From Gloeobacterales cyanobacterium (lineage in GTDB: Bacteria; Cyanobacteriota; Cyanobacteriia; Gloeobacterales; PMM-0068), in the NCBI GenBank assembly GCA_049582005.1, contig JBAUTB010000222.1, positions 682-64,681 on the forward strand: DNA of 64,000 nt, given 5' to 3'. The translations under genes were made by a program, and so were the position numbers. Below, piece by piece: positions 36,219-47,214 of the stretch; the stretch's first letter is position 1; the number at the start of each line of letters is the position of its first letter. The notes under the pieces are model-generated. The model saw only the letters and a list, made by a program, of their open reading frames with translations, was not told where the DNA came from and did not search any database.

Positions 36219-37712
36219 TTATTGTTTTCGGCGCTGGTCATTTTCCGGATAGATCCAACCAAATGCAAAGTAATTTAAACAATCAATTTTTTGCGCTTTT
36301 TGTTGAGCATGTTCTTGCAAGACTTTGACTTGTTCACTTAAGGCCACATGATGGTCTCCGCCGGGTTTTCCCACTCGATAGGGAGGGTCGGGAGACAGGA
36401 GGGTACAAAATTTTCCATTAGGAAAGAAACTCAACGCTCGATCGTATTCTCCGGTAATACAGCTACGTTCTGGAGTCGCTGGATTGCACACGGGATCATA
36501 GCTATAGTTCATAAAACTGGGACCTCTAGAAAGAGGAAATTGGTCATAGGGTTGCATGCGACTATCGTTTGCTTGATTCCCATCACTCCAAACCGCTGCC
36601 GTGAGAACCTTAGCATTGGGGATATTTTGCGCCGTCTGCCGGACCAGATTTAAGATATTGCTACGTAGATATTGGTAGGTAAGACTCGAAAGATTCCCTG
36701 TAGTTTGAAGGTCCAAGGTGTTTCTTTTATTTATCCATTGGTCTACCACTTTGGGGTCGATGCCCTGGTTTTGGATAAAAGAGAGAAATCGAGCAAATCC
36801 TTTATCTTCTGCAAAAAGCCAGAGCAGGCGGGGATCCTTTTGTAAACACCCTTTTTGTTCAGCGCATTGGGCAACAGGGTAGCGGATGTAGTCTAAGGCA
36901 ATTCCATCAACTCCTTGATCGAGGGCTCCCCTGACAATAGTTTGTAGGTCTTGCTGAACTTGGGGATGGGAAGGATCCACAAACCAATGAGATGCCTCTG
37001 AAACTTTAAAATCAGGGATGCTTATGGTCGGGATGAAGTCAGGCTTTGTGTCTTTAGTTGAACTTTTTAGGTTAGAAATTTGCCCAAAAGCATTACGGAT
37101 CAGCCTTTCAGGAAACCTGACAGCGTATTCTGGTCCAAAGTCAGCTGCTCGAATCCAGGCATGTATCCGCATACCCCGCTGATGCGCCAGCTCCGCATAG
37201 ATTTTAAGAAGGTCGCCTTGATCCGGACTGAGCCAACTAGAAAAAGAGCTGTTCTCGATCGGGAAAAGGGTCTTTCCTTCATAAAACGCTTCAAGATAAA
37301 TATCGGTGACACCTGATAAGAGCATCTGGTCCAGAACACCCAAGACCTCAAAGCTTTTACCATCATTCGGATAAGCTCGGATCCACATTCCCCGCTCTTT
37401 AGGAATGCCATTCCCCTGACATGCTAGGTTGACAGATTCTATGGACTGCTGGAGTGCTGCTCGGTATTGAGCAATATTTCCAGAATTTTCGTTGATCAGT
37501 TCCGGTAACTTAGACAAAGGAAGTTGCTTGGCTTTTAGCTCAGGCAGGGCTAGGTTTCTGACAGTAACCAAACGCTCAACCATTTCTGGAGCAATAGGAC
37601 AAAATGGTTCCCTTACAGGCTCTGCCTGCACAGGGAAAGGTAAAAAAACGGCTAATCCAAAGAATAGGGAGCTAATGAGCTTGGAAAACCACACTGAATG
37701 TTTTGATCTCAT
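36219..37712 (-). CDS. Glycoside-hydrolase-like family 10 (GHL10/YddW, UPF0748) secreted protein
   Basis: The track ORF runs to 37799. The Met at 37712 gives a signal peptide (MRSKHSVWFSKLISSLFFGLAVFLPFPVQA). Motifs MWIRAY...VTDIYLEAFYEGKTLFP...AHQRGMRIHAWI...GIALDYIRYP fit the TIM-barrel GHL10 family as I recall it. Confidence 0.65.
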   Translation of the reverse strand: MRSKHSVWFSKLISSLFFGLAVFLPFPVQAEPVREPFCPIAPEMVERLVTVRNLALPELKAKQLPLSKLPELINENSGNIAQYRAALQQSIESVNLACQGNGIPKERGMWIRAYPNDGKSFEVLGVLDQMLLSGVTDIYLEAFYEGKTLFPIENSSFSSWLSPDQGDLLKIYAELAHQRGMRIHAWIRAADFGPEYAVRFPERLIRNAFGQISNLKSSTKDTKPDFIPTISIPDFKVSEASHWFVDPSHPQVQQDLQTIVRGALDQGVDGIALDYIRYPVAQCAEQKGCLQKDPRLLWLFAEDKGFARFLSFIQNQGIDPKVVDQWINKRNTLDLQTTGNLSSLTYQYLRSNILNLVRQTAQNIPNAKVLTAAVWSDGNQANDSRMQPYDQFPLSRGPSFMNYSYDPVCNPATPERSCITGEYDRALSFFPNGKFCTLLSPDPPYRVGKPGGDHHVALSEQVKVLQEHAQQKAQKIDCLNYFAFGWIYPENDQRRKQ

Positions 37713-40686
37713 ACGGTTTGAAGTGGAAAGCAAATTGTTTTTCATGATGAGGGAGAAGATGGCTATTATGTTCCAGCAGGTCACATTCATAGACTGCACA
37801 GAGTCTATAGGGAAAGTAAATAGTCTCCTGAAATTCTTTTCCTAAGGTCTCGTACAGTCGAATAATCCAGCTTTTTCCATCTTCAGCTTTTTTGAAAGCA
37901 GTCAGGATAGTTTTATTAGATGCAGTGGATAGAAAGCTCTTATTAACCTCAGTGCCGATAGAGGGATAGACCTGAACGGGATTATTTAAGAAATGAGCTT
38001 GCTGGATAATATCAGCTTCTTTCCAATCTCCCTGATGAGGCACGAGCTGATAGGTAAATTCATGAAAACCTCGGTCCGAATCTGGGGCAGGCCAGGTTGG
38101 ACTGCGTAATAAACTAAGTCTAAGTTGACTAGGTTTGGCGTCATAACCGTACTTACAGTCATTAAGAATGCTCAGCCCGAGCCCTACGCCACTTAGATCA
38201 GCCCAAGTTTGAGCAGGCACTTCAAACTTTACTTTGGCTTCCTCTCCTTCCGTACTCCTACAGATAACCCCCATCGGAATCTCGTAGGTAGCAAAAGATG
38301 CCGAAAAACCAAGTGGGAAGCAAGCTTTTAGCAAAATATGTTCTTCTTGCCAGTCCACCCAGTTTTTAACTGTGATCTTGGGGCTATAAGCATCTAATAG
38401 AATCTCTTGATGAAAGGTTGAGTCCCTAAATTTCCGAATGCTCTTTAGGGAGGCTCTCACTGGACCTTTTTCTTGAATAGACCAAGACTGAAGCTCCAGA
38501 TCAGATAACTGCTTTTGTTCATACTGGGGGTCAATATTCCATGCATCCCAATATTGGCCACGATCTTCAAAAAATTGAAGGATACTAGGGCTACTCAGAA
38601 GCGTATTATTCCTACGTTTATCAAGAATTTGCTGAATATCCCCGGTTGCTGGATCAAGCGTTATTTTAAGATATTTGTTTTCTAATCTATCTATCTTTAC
38701 CTCTAAAAAAGGAACTTCTACAGGAGGTAATTGACTATCGATAAGTTTATACCGAATATATCCCAAACTGGGGACATCATCTGCATAAAAAATACTTCCT
38801 ATATCTGTTTTTTGGATTGGCACATTTTTCTGCAAAGTATTACCTGGTCGGCATAGACCATCCTCTTCTCTTAATGAATTATTTGGAATTTCTATGATTC
38901 CCTGATAAGGAAAACTATGAAAATTCCATAGATCTATAGAATTAGGTAAATGGGCCTCAATTCCTTGGATAATTTCTCGACAAGAGTTCTCTGCTTGCGT
39001 CCAAATTAAATTAGCATCCTCAAAGACTTCAGGGATTGAGGTACCCGGTAAAATATCGTGGAACTGATTAAGGAGAAGATTTTTCCAAGCCCCTTCCAAT
39101 TTGCACTTCGGGTAATTCGCATTTTGGCTGAGATTTGCCATTGAACAAAACTTTTCCGTATTGGATATAAGCCCTTCTATTTTTCTATTTTTTCTTTTCT
39201 GATCGGCTTTACTAGTGAAAGTACCGCGATGAAATTCAAGATAAAGCTCATTCTTCCAGATGGGAATCGATTGGTTGGAAATTTCTTCTTTGAGTGTTTG
39301 AATAAACCCTTCAGCTGTTTGAGGCTCTAGCTGGAAAAATAAATCTGATTGTTGCCATTCCTCAGCCAGGTCAAGCATGTCAGCAGTGGGTCCTCCTCCG
39401 TGATCACCGACCCCATAGAGCCAGAGTGCATTTTTCAATCCATGCTTTTGCTCCAGATCCCTTGCGTCCTTAGCAACAGAAAGAGGTTCAAAACCTTGAC
39501 CAATCTCGTTGGAAAAATAGGTGAGTATTTGACTGCCATCAAGTCCTTGCCATTGGAATGCTCTGTAGGGAAACTTATGCGTATCATTCCAAGCCAGTTT
39601 CTGAGTAATAAATGCCTCAAATCCACTTTTTACAAGGATCTGGGGTAGCTGCCAAGAAAATCCAAAGCTATCTGGATTCCAGGCTATTTTTATAGCTTTA
39701 TTGAATTTTTCTTGAAAATATCGTTTGCCATAGAGAATTTGTCGAATCAGGGACTCACCACTGGGCAGGTTGAGGTCTGGTTCTATCCACATTCCTCCTG
39801 TCAATTCCCAATGATTCTGTTTGACGGCATCTTGGATAGTGGAAAATAGTTCCGGTTCTCTTTGTTCAATCCATTCATAGGTCAACGCACTACTCTGGTT
39901 GAAAATCAAACTTGGATAATCTTTCTGAAGTTTCAAAACAGATTTAAAGGTTCTTTTTAAGACATCCTTTGTCTCTGCAATCGGCCAAAGCCAAGCGATA
40001 TCGATATGTGCATTACCAAGTAGATGAATTTTTCGGGCTTTGAAAAAATGTCTCAAGGGAAGGAGCTGCTCTCTGGCGGCCTTTAAGACTTCTAACGAGG
40101 ATGCATTAATGGGCGTACTCAATATTGATTCCAAACGAGCAAGGACGGGTTCCACTTCAAATCTAGTTTTAGCAATCTCGGCTAGATAGGTATGAACAAA
40201 GGCTAGCTCATCGGCGAACTTGGCGGGGTCACAAGGGGTTTGCGGATATTCAATCAATATCCTTGAAGTCTGTAAGGCGCCATCGTCATGTTTTGGGCTG
40301 TTGAGTTTGAGCTCTAGCGTAAACGTCATACCAGGCTGTATATTTTCTCCTAAAAACAGTCGGCATTTGGCATCGAAGAGATCGCCCTCTTGTACTTTTC
40401 GTCCGTCGATAAAAACTGCTGCTGTCGCTGCCCACCAGGTTAGCTGCAGTCGCTGAGTTGTGCCTGCTAGGGATAGATTCGTATCTCCAAGGCTGTCTGG
40501 GATCTGCCAAACTTGCTGGAGGTGAACCGCCTTCCCACCTCTTTCCCAAGTGAAAAGATGACCCTCATTTACGAGAATCGGCTGCCAAGTGTCCCCAACT
40601 TTTTGCCTCCAGGAGGGGAGTATATCCACCGCAGAACTGCTTTGCAGCTTGCGGATAACCGAAGATAGGCGCTGAGAGAGGTCCAA
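37672..40686 (-). CDS. GH38 alpha-mannosidase
   Basis: 1004 aa with a TTG start as drawn. The GH38 N-terminal catalytic motif is HLLGNAHIDIAWLWP, and NQSSALTYEW, WIEPD and GVGDHGGGP are also present. A long beta-rich C-terminal region follows. Confidence 0.88.
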   Translation of the reverse strand: MDLSQRLSSVIRKLQSSSAVDILPSWRQKVGDTWQPILVNEGHLFTWERGGKAVHLQQVWQIPDSLGDTNLSLAGTTQRLQLTWWAATAAVFIDGRKVQEGDLFDAKCRLFLGENIQPGMTFTLELKLNSPKHDDGALQTSRILIEYPQTPCDPAKFADELAFVHTYLAEIAKTRFEVEPVLARLESILSTPINASSLEVLKAAREQLLPLRHFFKARKIHLLGNAHIDIAWLWPIAETKDVLKRTFKSVLKLQKDYPSLIFNQSSALTYEWIEQREPELFSTIQDAVKQNHWELTGGMWIEPDLNLPSGESLIRQILYGKRYFQEKFNKAIKIAWNPDSFGFSWQLPQILVKSGFEAFITQKLAWNDTHKFPYRAFQWQGLDGSQILTYFSNEIGQGFEPLSVAKDARDLEQKHGLKNALWLYGVGDHGGGPTADMLDLAEEWQQSDLFFQLEPQTAEGFIQTLKEEISNQSIPIWKNELYLEFHRGTFTSKADQKRKNRKIEGLISNTEKFCSMANLSQNANYPKCKLEGAWKNLLLNQFHDILPGTSIPEVFEDANLIWTQAENSCREIIQGIEAHLPNSIDLWNFHSFPYQGIIEIPNNSLREEDGLCRPGNTLQKNVPIQKTDIGSIFYADDVPSLGYIRYKLIDSQLPPVEVPFLEVKIDRLENKYLKITLDPATGDIQQILDKRRNNTLLSSPSILQFFEDRGQYWDAWNIDPQYEQKQLSDLELQSWSIQEKGPVRASLKSIRKFRDSTFHQEILLDAYSPKITVKNWVDWQEEHILLKACFPLGFSASFATYEIPMGVICRSTEGEEAKVKFEVPAQTWADLSGVGLGLSILNDCKYGYDAKPSQLRLSLLRSPTWPAPDSDRGFHEFTYQLVPHQGDWKEADIIQQAHFLNNPVQVYPSIGTEVNKSFLSTASNKTILTAFKKAEDGKSWIIRLYETLGKEFQETIYFPYRLCAVYECDLLEHNSHLLPHHEKQFAFHFKPYEIKTFSVVFQAH

Positions 40687-40806
40687 ATTGATCTGCCTAG
40701 TTTGGCTCTTATCTGATTATCCATCAGATAGCTGCTAGAAATGAGCGAGCTTTGGAGCCGTATAATCCGGCTATGTCTCATCCCACTATTGATATTTGAG
40801 GTAGTC

Positions 40807-41766
40807 ATGGCATCCGAAACCTCAGAGAGTAACCGTCGCAAACGCCAAATTTTGGGCATGAAGGGAGGTGATGTTAAAGAGCGCTCGCTCTTCCAAATTC
40901 GGGTGCAGCTCATGAAGCCGGTGACCTGGATACCTCTGATGTGGGGCGTAATCTGTGGGGCTGCTTCCGGTGGTTTTACTTGGTCGGTGTCGAATGTATT
41001 GATGGTGATTTTGGCGATGGTTATGTCTGGGCCTCTTTTGGCAGGCTTTACACAGACTATTAATGATTATTATGACCGGGATATCGATGCGATCAATGAG
41101 CCCTATCGACCTATTCCTTCAGGGGCAATCTCTATTCCTCAAGTGGAACAGCAGATCTATCTGCTCTTGTTCTTAGGTTTAGCTGTTTCCTACACCCTAG
41201 ATCGGTGGGTTGGTCATACATTTCCCATAATTTTCTGCCTGGCGTTGGGTGGAAGCTTCCTCGCTTATATTTACTCAGCTCCTCCTCTCAAGCTTAAGCA
41301 GAACGGTTGGTTGGGAAACTATGCGTTGGGGGCTTCCTATATTGCTCTGCCTTGGTGTTGTGGCCATGCCCTCTTTGGAACGCTGAATCCAACGATTGTC
41401 ATTCTGACCCTTTTCTATAGCTTTGCAGGTTTGGGGATTGCAATTGTCAATGACTTTAAGAGCATTGAAGGAGACCGGGCACTGGGGCTTAAGTCTTTAC
41501 CTGTCATTTTTGGTGTGCAGAAGGCCGCCTGGATTTGCGTATTCATGATCGATTTCTTTCAGCTAGGCATCCTTGCTTACCTTATATATGCGGGTAAGTT
41601 TTACTGGTATGGCGCTATACTTGGCGGCCTGATTTTACCGCAGATGTTTTTCCAAACTCAGCTTTTGAAAGATCCAATTGCCAATGATGTTAAGTACCAA
41701 GCTAGTTCTCAACCCTTCCTTGTCCTTGGCATGCTGATTACCGGACTGGCCCTAGGGGCTAGCTAA
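40807..41766 (+). CDS. chlG: Chlorophyll a synthase ChlG (UbiA prenyltransferase family)
   Basis: RQILGMKG...FQIRVQLMKPVTWIPLMWGVICGAASGG and NDYYDRDIDAINEPYRPIPSGAIS are ChlG hallmarks. I prefer the start MASETSES at the ATG at 40807; the track ORF starts at 40741. Confidence 0.9.
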   Translation: MASETSESNRRKRQILGMKGGDVKERSLFQIRVQLMKPVTWIPLMWGVICGAASGGFTWSVSNVLMVILAMVMSGPLLAGFTQTINDYYDRDIDAINEPYRPIPSGAISIPQVEQQIYLLLFLGLAVSYTLDRWVGHTFPIIFCLALGGSFLAYIYSAPPLKLKQNGWLGNYALGASYIALPWCCGHALFGTLNPTIVILTLFYSFAGLGIAIVNDFKSIEGDRALGLKSLPVIFGVQKAAWICVFMIDFFQLGILAYLIYAGKFYWYGAILGGLILPQMFFQTQLLKDPIANDVKYQASSQPFLVLGMLITGLALGAS

Positions 41767-42085
41767 AGATTAATCATTGAGAACAATTGTTGACATATAT
41801 TAAGTTTCCTCAGGGAAATGCATAACTTATGTAGCTCGGAATAATCTCTGAGTTCTTGTATGCCCTGCCTATGGCTCGTTTTGTGAATTCTTAATAACTG
41901 TTACAGAGTGCTCTATTTACTTAAAACTCTAGCCTATAATGCTCCGTAACTCTGAGTCATGCAGCTACGCCATTATTTCATCATTCGTTTAGCGGTAGCG
42001 TCTCAGATGTGTTCTCGTTCCGTTGTATGTAGCCTACGTGCATTTTGCGAAAGATGTGCGTCTACGTCTAGAGGAGATCGTCTCT

Positions 42086-44404
42086 ATGACCATCACGCCG
42101 CAGGAGCGAGAGGATAAGGTCAAAGTAACGGTTGACAACAATCCGGTTCCTACTTCTACTGAGAAGTGGTTTAAGCCGGGTTGGTTTGAGCGTTCTTTGG
42201 CTCGTGGGCCCAAAACCACCACCTGGATTTGGGATCTTCATGCTCTCGCCCATGACTTTGAAACACATACCAGCGACCGGGAAGACATCGCTCGCAAAAT
42301 CTTTGCTGCCCACTTCGGCCACTTGGCCGTTGTTTTTGTTTGGGCTAGTGGGATGTTTTTCCATGGTGCGCAGTTTTCCAACTACATTGATTGGTTGGCT
42401 GACCCCATAAAGGTGAGGCCTTCCGCTCACGCTATCTGGCCAATCTTTGGTCAGGAGATCCTTCGAGATCCTGGCACCGTCACACAAAGCTATGAAGGAG
42501 GGATCCAAATCACCTCCGGATTGTTCTATGTTTGGCGGGCTGCTGGCTATACCAATTCAGCTCAGCTTATGTCTTCTGCAGTGGCAGGCTTGGCAATGGC
42601 TGGTTTGATGGTGTTCGCTGGCTGGTTCCATTACCACGTCCGGGCTCCTAAGCTGGAGTGGTTCCAAAATGCGGAATCCATGCTCAACCATCATTTGGCT
42701 GGGCTTCTGGGCTTAGGCTCCCTAGCTTGGGCCGGGCACCAAATTCACGTGGCCTTGCCTGTGAACCAAATGCTCAATAAAGGAATGAAGCCTTCTGAAA
42801 TTCCTTTGCCTCATGAATACGCCTTCGATGCTGCCAAGATGGGTGAGTTCTTCCCTAGCTTCAAGCAGGGACTTACTCCTTTCTTTACTTTGAACTGGGG
42901 GGTATATAAAGACTTCCTTACCTTTAAGGGAGGCTTAGACCCTCAAACAGGTTCTCTGTGGATGACGGATATTGCCCATCATCACTTGGCCATTGCCACC
43001 TTGTTCATCATTGCCGGACATATGTACCGCACGAACTGGGGCATTGGTCACTCCATTAAAGAAATGCTGGAAGCCCACAAGGGTCCTCTCACTGGCGAAG
43101 GCCACAAGGGACTCTACGAAGTGCTCACCAATTCCTGGCATGCTCAACTGGCTATTAACCTAGCCATGGTGGGTTCCCTCTCTATCATCGTGGCGCACCA
43201 CATGTATGCCATGAATCCCTATCCATATATGGGGATTGATTACCTGACCCAAATCAACCTTTTCACCCATCACATGTGGATTGGTGGCTTTTTGATCGTT
43301 GGGGCAGGGGCTCATGCCGCAATCTTCATGGTGCGGGACTACGACCCTGTAATGAACCAGAACAACCTACTAGACCGAATGCTTCGCCATCGCGATGCCA
43401 TTATTTCCCATTTGAACTGGGTATGTTTGTTCCTGGGCTTCCATAGCTTTGGTCTATATGTCCACAACGACACCATGCAAGCCTTAGGCCGTCCTCAAGA
43501 TATGTTTGCGGATTGGGCAATCAACCTGCAGCCTATCTTTGCTCAAGGAGTACAGGCCATTAATGCTGCAGCTTTTGGAGCAGGCTCTACGGCTCCTTGG
43601 CTCACCAGTGCAACCTCTCCTGTATGGGGCGGACAGACCTTGGCGGTGGCAGGTAAAGTCTCCATGTCTGCTATTCCTTTGGGAACAGCGGACTTTATGA
43701 TCCACCACATTCATGCACTTACTATTCACGTCACGGTCTTGATCTTGTTGAAGGGTGTGCTTTTTGCTCGCTCTTCCCGCTTGATCCCTGACAAGGCTAA
43801 CTTGGGATTCAGGTTCCCTTGCGATGGTCCTGGTCGTGGTGGTACGTGCCAATCTTCTGCTTGGGATCATGTGTTCCTGGGCTTGTTCTGGATGTATAAC
43901 TGCATCTCCATTGTTATTTTCCACTTTTCGTGGAAGATGCAATCAGACGTCTACGGCACAGTAGATGCTTCTGGAAAGGTCACCCATGTTGTTGACCAAA
44001 TCAATGTCATTACCAACAGCATCACGGGCGCTACCGCACCCTTCAATCAGTTTGCAGCTAGCTCTGTAGATATTAATGGTTGGTTGCGTGATTTCCTGTG
44101 GGCACAAGCAGCTCCCGTAATTAACTCTTATGGAACTTCTGCTTCTGCTTATGGTTTGGCATTCTTAGGTGCTCACTTCATCTGGGCGTTTAGCTTGATG
44201 TTCCTGTTCAGTGGCCGTGGTTACTGGCAAGAACTGATAGAGTCCATCGTTTGGGCTCACAGCAAACTAAAACTTGCTCCTGCTATACAGCCTCGTGCGT
44301 TGAGCATTACCCAAGGTCGTGCAGTGGGTGTTGCCCACTACCTGCTTGGAGGAATCGTCACTACGTGGGCGTTCTTCTTGGCTCACTACCTGGCGATTCA
44401 GTAA
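42086..44404 (+). CDS. psaA: Photosystem I P700 apoprotein A1
   Basis: [24 protein letters not shown]... starts at the ATG at 42086, preceded by GAGGAG at 42071-42076. FX-binding [12 protein letters not shown] is present, and the protein is colinear with PsaA throughout. The track ORF's 21 upstream codons are probably untranslated. Confidence 0.97.
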   Translation: MTITPQEREDKVKVTVDNNPVPTSTEKWFKPGWFERSLARGPKTTTWIWDLHALAHDFETHTSDREDIARKIFAAHFGHLAVVFVWASGMFFHGAQFSNYIDWLADPIKVRPSAHAIWPIFGQEILRDPGTVTQSYEGGIQITSGLFYVWRAAGYTNSAQLMSSAVAGLAMAGLMVFAGWFHYHVRAPKLEWFQNAESMLNHHLAGLLGLGSLAWAGHQIHVALPVNQMLNKGMKPSEIPLPHEYAFDAAKMGEFFPSFKQGLTPFFTLNWGVYKDFLTFKGGLDPQTGSLWMTDIAHHHLAIATLFIIAGHMYRTNWGIGHSIKEMLEAHKGPLTGEGHKGLYEVLTNSWHAQLAINLAMVGSLSIIVAHHMYAMNPYPYMGIDYLTQINLFTHHMWIGGFLIVGAGAHAAIFMVRDYDPVMNQNNLLDRMLRHRDAIISHLNWVCLFLGFHSFGLYVHNDTMQALGRPQDMFADWAINLQPIFAQGVQAINAAAFGAGSTAPWLTSATSPVWGGQTLAVAGKVSMSAIPLGTADFMIHHIHALTIHVTVLILLKGVLFARSSRLIPDKANLGFRFPCDGPGRGGTCQSSAWDHVFLGLFWMYNCISIVIFHFSWKMQSDVYGTVDASGKVTHVVDQINVITNSITGATAPFNQFAASSVDINGWLRDFLWAQAAPVINSYGTSASAYGLAFLGAHFIWAFSLMFLFSGRGYWQELIESIVWAHSKLKLAPAIQPRALSITQGRAVGVAHYLLGGIVTTWAFFLAHYLAIQ

Positions 44405-44419
44405 AGGAGATAGCAATCA

Positions 44420-46600
44420 ATGGCAACTCGTTTTCCGAAATTCAGCCAGGATCTCGCCAATGACCCGACTACTCGTCGGATCTGGTATGGGATAGCTACG
44501 GCCCATGATTTTGAAAGCCACGATGGCATGACTGAAGAAGTGTTGTATCAAAAGATCTTCGCTTCTCACTTCGGTCACATTGCCATCATCTTTCTCTGGG
44601 CTTCGGGCAACCTATTCCATGTGGCCTGGCAGGGTAACTTTGAACAGTGGATTTTAGACCCCACGAAGGTGAAGCCAATTGCTCACGCGATTTGGGACCC
44701 CCATTTCGGTCCTGGAGCAATGAAAGCGTTCACGCCAGAAGGAGCAGCCGGTCCGGTGAACTTTATGTACTCCGGTCTCTATTACTTCTGGTACACCATC
44801 GGCATGCGCCATAACTCGGAGCTATTCGAGGGTGCGATTTTCTTGATTGTGCTTGCTACTCTGTTCCTCGCGGCAGGCTGGCTGCACCTACAACCTCGTT
44901 TCCGTCCTTCTTTGGCTTGGTTCAAGAACGCAGAATCTCGTTTGAACCACCACTTATCTGGATTGTTCGGGGTTTCTTCCCTGGCTTGGACAGGACACCT
45001 GGTCCACGTGGCTATCCCCCGTTTGAACGGAAGGGAAGTCAACTGGTCCAACTTCACTCAAGCTCAGTTTGCCCCCCACCCAGCAGGACTTTTGCCCTTC
45101 TTTACAGGGAACTGGTCCGTGTATTCACAGCCTGCTGCTGATGGTACTGGTTGGCCGATGCTGACCTTCTACGGAGGATTGAATCCGGCTACCAACTCAT
45201 TGTGGCTATCGGATATTGCCCACCACCATTTGGCCATTGCTGTGATTTTCATCATTGCGGGCCATATGTATAAGACCAACTGGGGAATTGGACACAGCAT
45301 CCGAGAAATCTTAGATGCCCATAGTCCACCTAGTGGTCGCTTGGGAGCAGGCCACCGCAATCTCTATGACACCGTGAACAACTCTCTGCATTTCCAGTTG
45401 GGTTTGGCCTTGGCGTCTTTAGGAACGGTGACTTCTCTGGTAGCACAGCAGATGTATGCGCTGCCGCCGTACTTCTATATGCATGAAGACCACACCACCA
45501 TGGCAGCGCTCTATACCCATCACCAGTACATTGCTGGATTCCTGATGGTAGGGGCCTTCGCACACGGTGCCATCTTCTTCGTACGGGATTACGACCCTGA
45601 GGCGAACAAGGACAACGTTTTGGCTCGGGTTCTGGAGCACAAAGAAGCGATTATCTCTCACCTGTCTTGGGTCTCTCTGTTCCTCGGGTTCCATACCCTT
45701 GGTTTGTATGTACACAACGATGTCATGCAAGCCTTCGGTCGCCCTGAAGACCAAATCCTGATTGAGCCTGTGTTCGCACAGTTCGTTCAGGCCCAGTCCG
45801 GGAAGATTATTGCTGGTATTCCTGCTATCTTTGGTGGCCTTGCTGCCACGGCTCCAGGTGCCTTTGTGAATGGTTGGACTCAGACCGTGAATTCGGTAGG
45901 GGATGCCAATCCCTTCCTGAACATCGGTCCTGGGGACTTCTTGGTCCACCATGCGATTGCTCTAGGGATTCACACCACCGTTCTGATTGGTGTCAAAGGG
46001 GCGTTGGATGCTCGTGGTTCTAAGTTGATGCCCGACAAGAAAGACTTCGGCTTTGCCTTCCCTTGCGATGGTCCTGGCCGGGGTGGTACTTGCGATATCT
46101 CTGCTTGGGATAGCTTCTACCTGGCTATGTTCTGGATGCTCAACACCATTGGTTGGGTTACCTTCTACTGGCATTGGAAACATCTGTCGATCTGGACAGG
46201 TACGGAGTCGGTCTTCAACGAAAAGTCTGTGACGATTATGGGTTGGCTCAACAACTATCTATGGGCCTATTCAAATACTCTGATCAACGGCTATACCCCT
46301 GGAACAGGGACCAATAACCTGTCTGTCTGGTCTTGGATGTTCCTGTTTGGTCACCTGGTGTGGGCAACAGGCTTCATGTTCCTCATTGCCTGGCGTGGTT
46401 ACTGGCAGGAGCTGATTGAGACCCTGGTATGGGCTCATGAACGCACCCCTCTGGCTAAGTTGGTCCGTTGGAAAGACAAGCCTGTGGCTATGTCCATTGT
46501 CCAAGGTCGTTTGATTGGTCTGGCTCACTTCACGGTGGGGTATGTCCTTACGTATGCGGCCTTTGTCATTGCCTCAACAGCAGGTTTATCAAGCGGTTAG
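44420..46600 (+). CDS. psaB: Photosystem I P700 apoprotein A2
   Basis: [36 protein letters not shown].., with [12 protein letters not shown]. Starts 15 nt downstream of the psaA stop. Confidence 0.97.
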   Translation: MATRFPKFSQDLANDPTTRRIWYGIATAHDFESHDGMTEEVLYQKIFASHFGHIAIIFLWASGNLFHVAWQGNFEQWILDPTKVKPIAHAIWDPHFGPGAMKAFTPEGAAGPVNFMYSGLYYFWYTIGMRHNSELFEGAIFLIVLATLFLAAGWLHLQPRFRPSLAWFKNAESRLNHHLSGLFGVSSLAWTGHLVHVAIPRLNGREVNWSNFTQAQFAPHPAGLLPFFTGNWSVYSQPAADGTGWPMLTFYGGLNPATNSLWLSDIAHHHLAIAVIFIIAGHMYKTNWGIGHSIREILDAHSPPSGRLGAGHRNLYDTVNNSLHFQLGLALASLGTVTSLVAQQMYALPPYFYMHEDHTTMAALYTHHQYIAGFLMVGAFAHGAIFFVRDYDPEANKDNVLARVLEHKEAIISHLSWVSLFLGFHTLGLYVHNDVMQAFGRPEDQILIEPVFAQFVQAQSGKIIAGIPAIFGGLAATAPGAFVNGWTQTVNSVGDANPFLNIGPGDFLVHHAIALGIHTTVLIGVKGALDARGSKLMPDKKDFGFAFPCDGPGRGGTCDISAWDSFYLAMFWMLNTIGWVTFYWHWKHLSIWTGTESVFNEKSVTIMGWLNNYLWAYSNTLINGYTPGTGTNNLSVWSWMFLFGHLVWATGFMFLIAWRGYWQELIETLVWAHERTPLAKLVRWKDKPVAMSIVQGRLIGLAHFTVGYVLTYAAFVIASTAGLSSG

Positions 46601-46633
46601 CATAAGTTCAATAACGAGCTAGAAGCTATAGTA

Positions 46634-46659
46634 AAGCCCCCTAGTTAGGGGGCTTTTTT
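46634..46659 (+). terminator. Rho-independent terminator after psaB
   Basis: Stem AAGCCCCCT (46634-46642) / AGGGGGCTT (46647-46655), loop AGTT, with a T-run through 46659. Confidence 0.85.
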
Positions 46660-46682
46660 GCGCCTACAAGTTAAGTTGAGTG

Positions 46683-47051
46683 CTAAGCGGCGACACCTTC
46701 GACTGGGTATTGAGCAGCTTTCCATGCTTCGAAGCCACCCTGTAGTACGGAAACATATTGGAAGCCAGCCGCACGGAGCTTAGCTGCAACAGCATTGGTT
46801 TCTTCATCCGTCTCGCCATAGACGTATAAGTCACGAATAGGCTCAAGGTTGGCGAGCGCATAATTTACCAAATTAGATTCAGGAATAAAAACGGCACCCT
46901 GAATCCGACCCTGATCAAACGCAATCGAAGTACGAACATCAACAATGGTAAGTGCAGGCTCACCCCAGTCTAAGCGGGCCTTCAGGTCAGAAACGTGAGA
47001 CTGGTCTTGTAAGGTAGGAGGTAAAGGAAACAATCCTAGAAACTTTTTCAT
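46683..47051 (-). CDS. Single-domain rhodanese-like protein, apparently lacking the catalytic Cys
   Basis: The Met at 47051 gives 122 aa; the track ORF starts at 47108. Rhodanese fold pattern (TIVDVR...F..GRI.GA..IP ... GGFEAW). At the active-site loop position it reads VYGETDEET rather than C..G.R. Confidence 0.7.
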   Translation of the reverse strand: MKKFLGLFPLPPTLQDQSHVSDLKARLDWGEPALTIVDVRTSIAFDQGRIQGAVFIPESNLVNYALANLEPIRDLYVYGETDEETNAVAAKLRAAGFQYVSVLQGGFEAWKAAQYPVEGVAA

Positions 47052-47214
47052 GGGAGTTCTCACGAGTGAGGGACACTCATACTGTAACAAGATTTTAAAG
47101 AATTGCAAATTTTTGTAAATGAATACTTTACATAGATTCTGATTTATGCATCTAATTTCTCTAATAACTAGTAAATAATCACAAAATAGAGTGCAGGAAG
47201 GCTTTGTCTCAGGA

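Noticed and set aside
41935-41940. Perfect TATAAT hexamer 146 nt upstream of psaA, and TTGACA at 41790-41795, as candidate psaA promoter elements.
   Set aside because: Neither has a properly spaced partner hexamer: there is no -35 element 16-18 nt upstream of the TATAAT and no -10 element 17 nt after the TTGACA. I left it uncalled pending 5'-end mapping.
43484-43942. Antisense ORFs inside psaA and psaB (43484-43942, 45419-45952, 42068-42508 and others).
   Set aside because: They lie wholly within highly conserved PSI core genes on the opposite strand. Their products are Arg/Ser/His-rich with no recognisable domains, which is typical of shadow ORFs.
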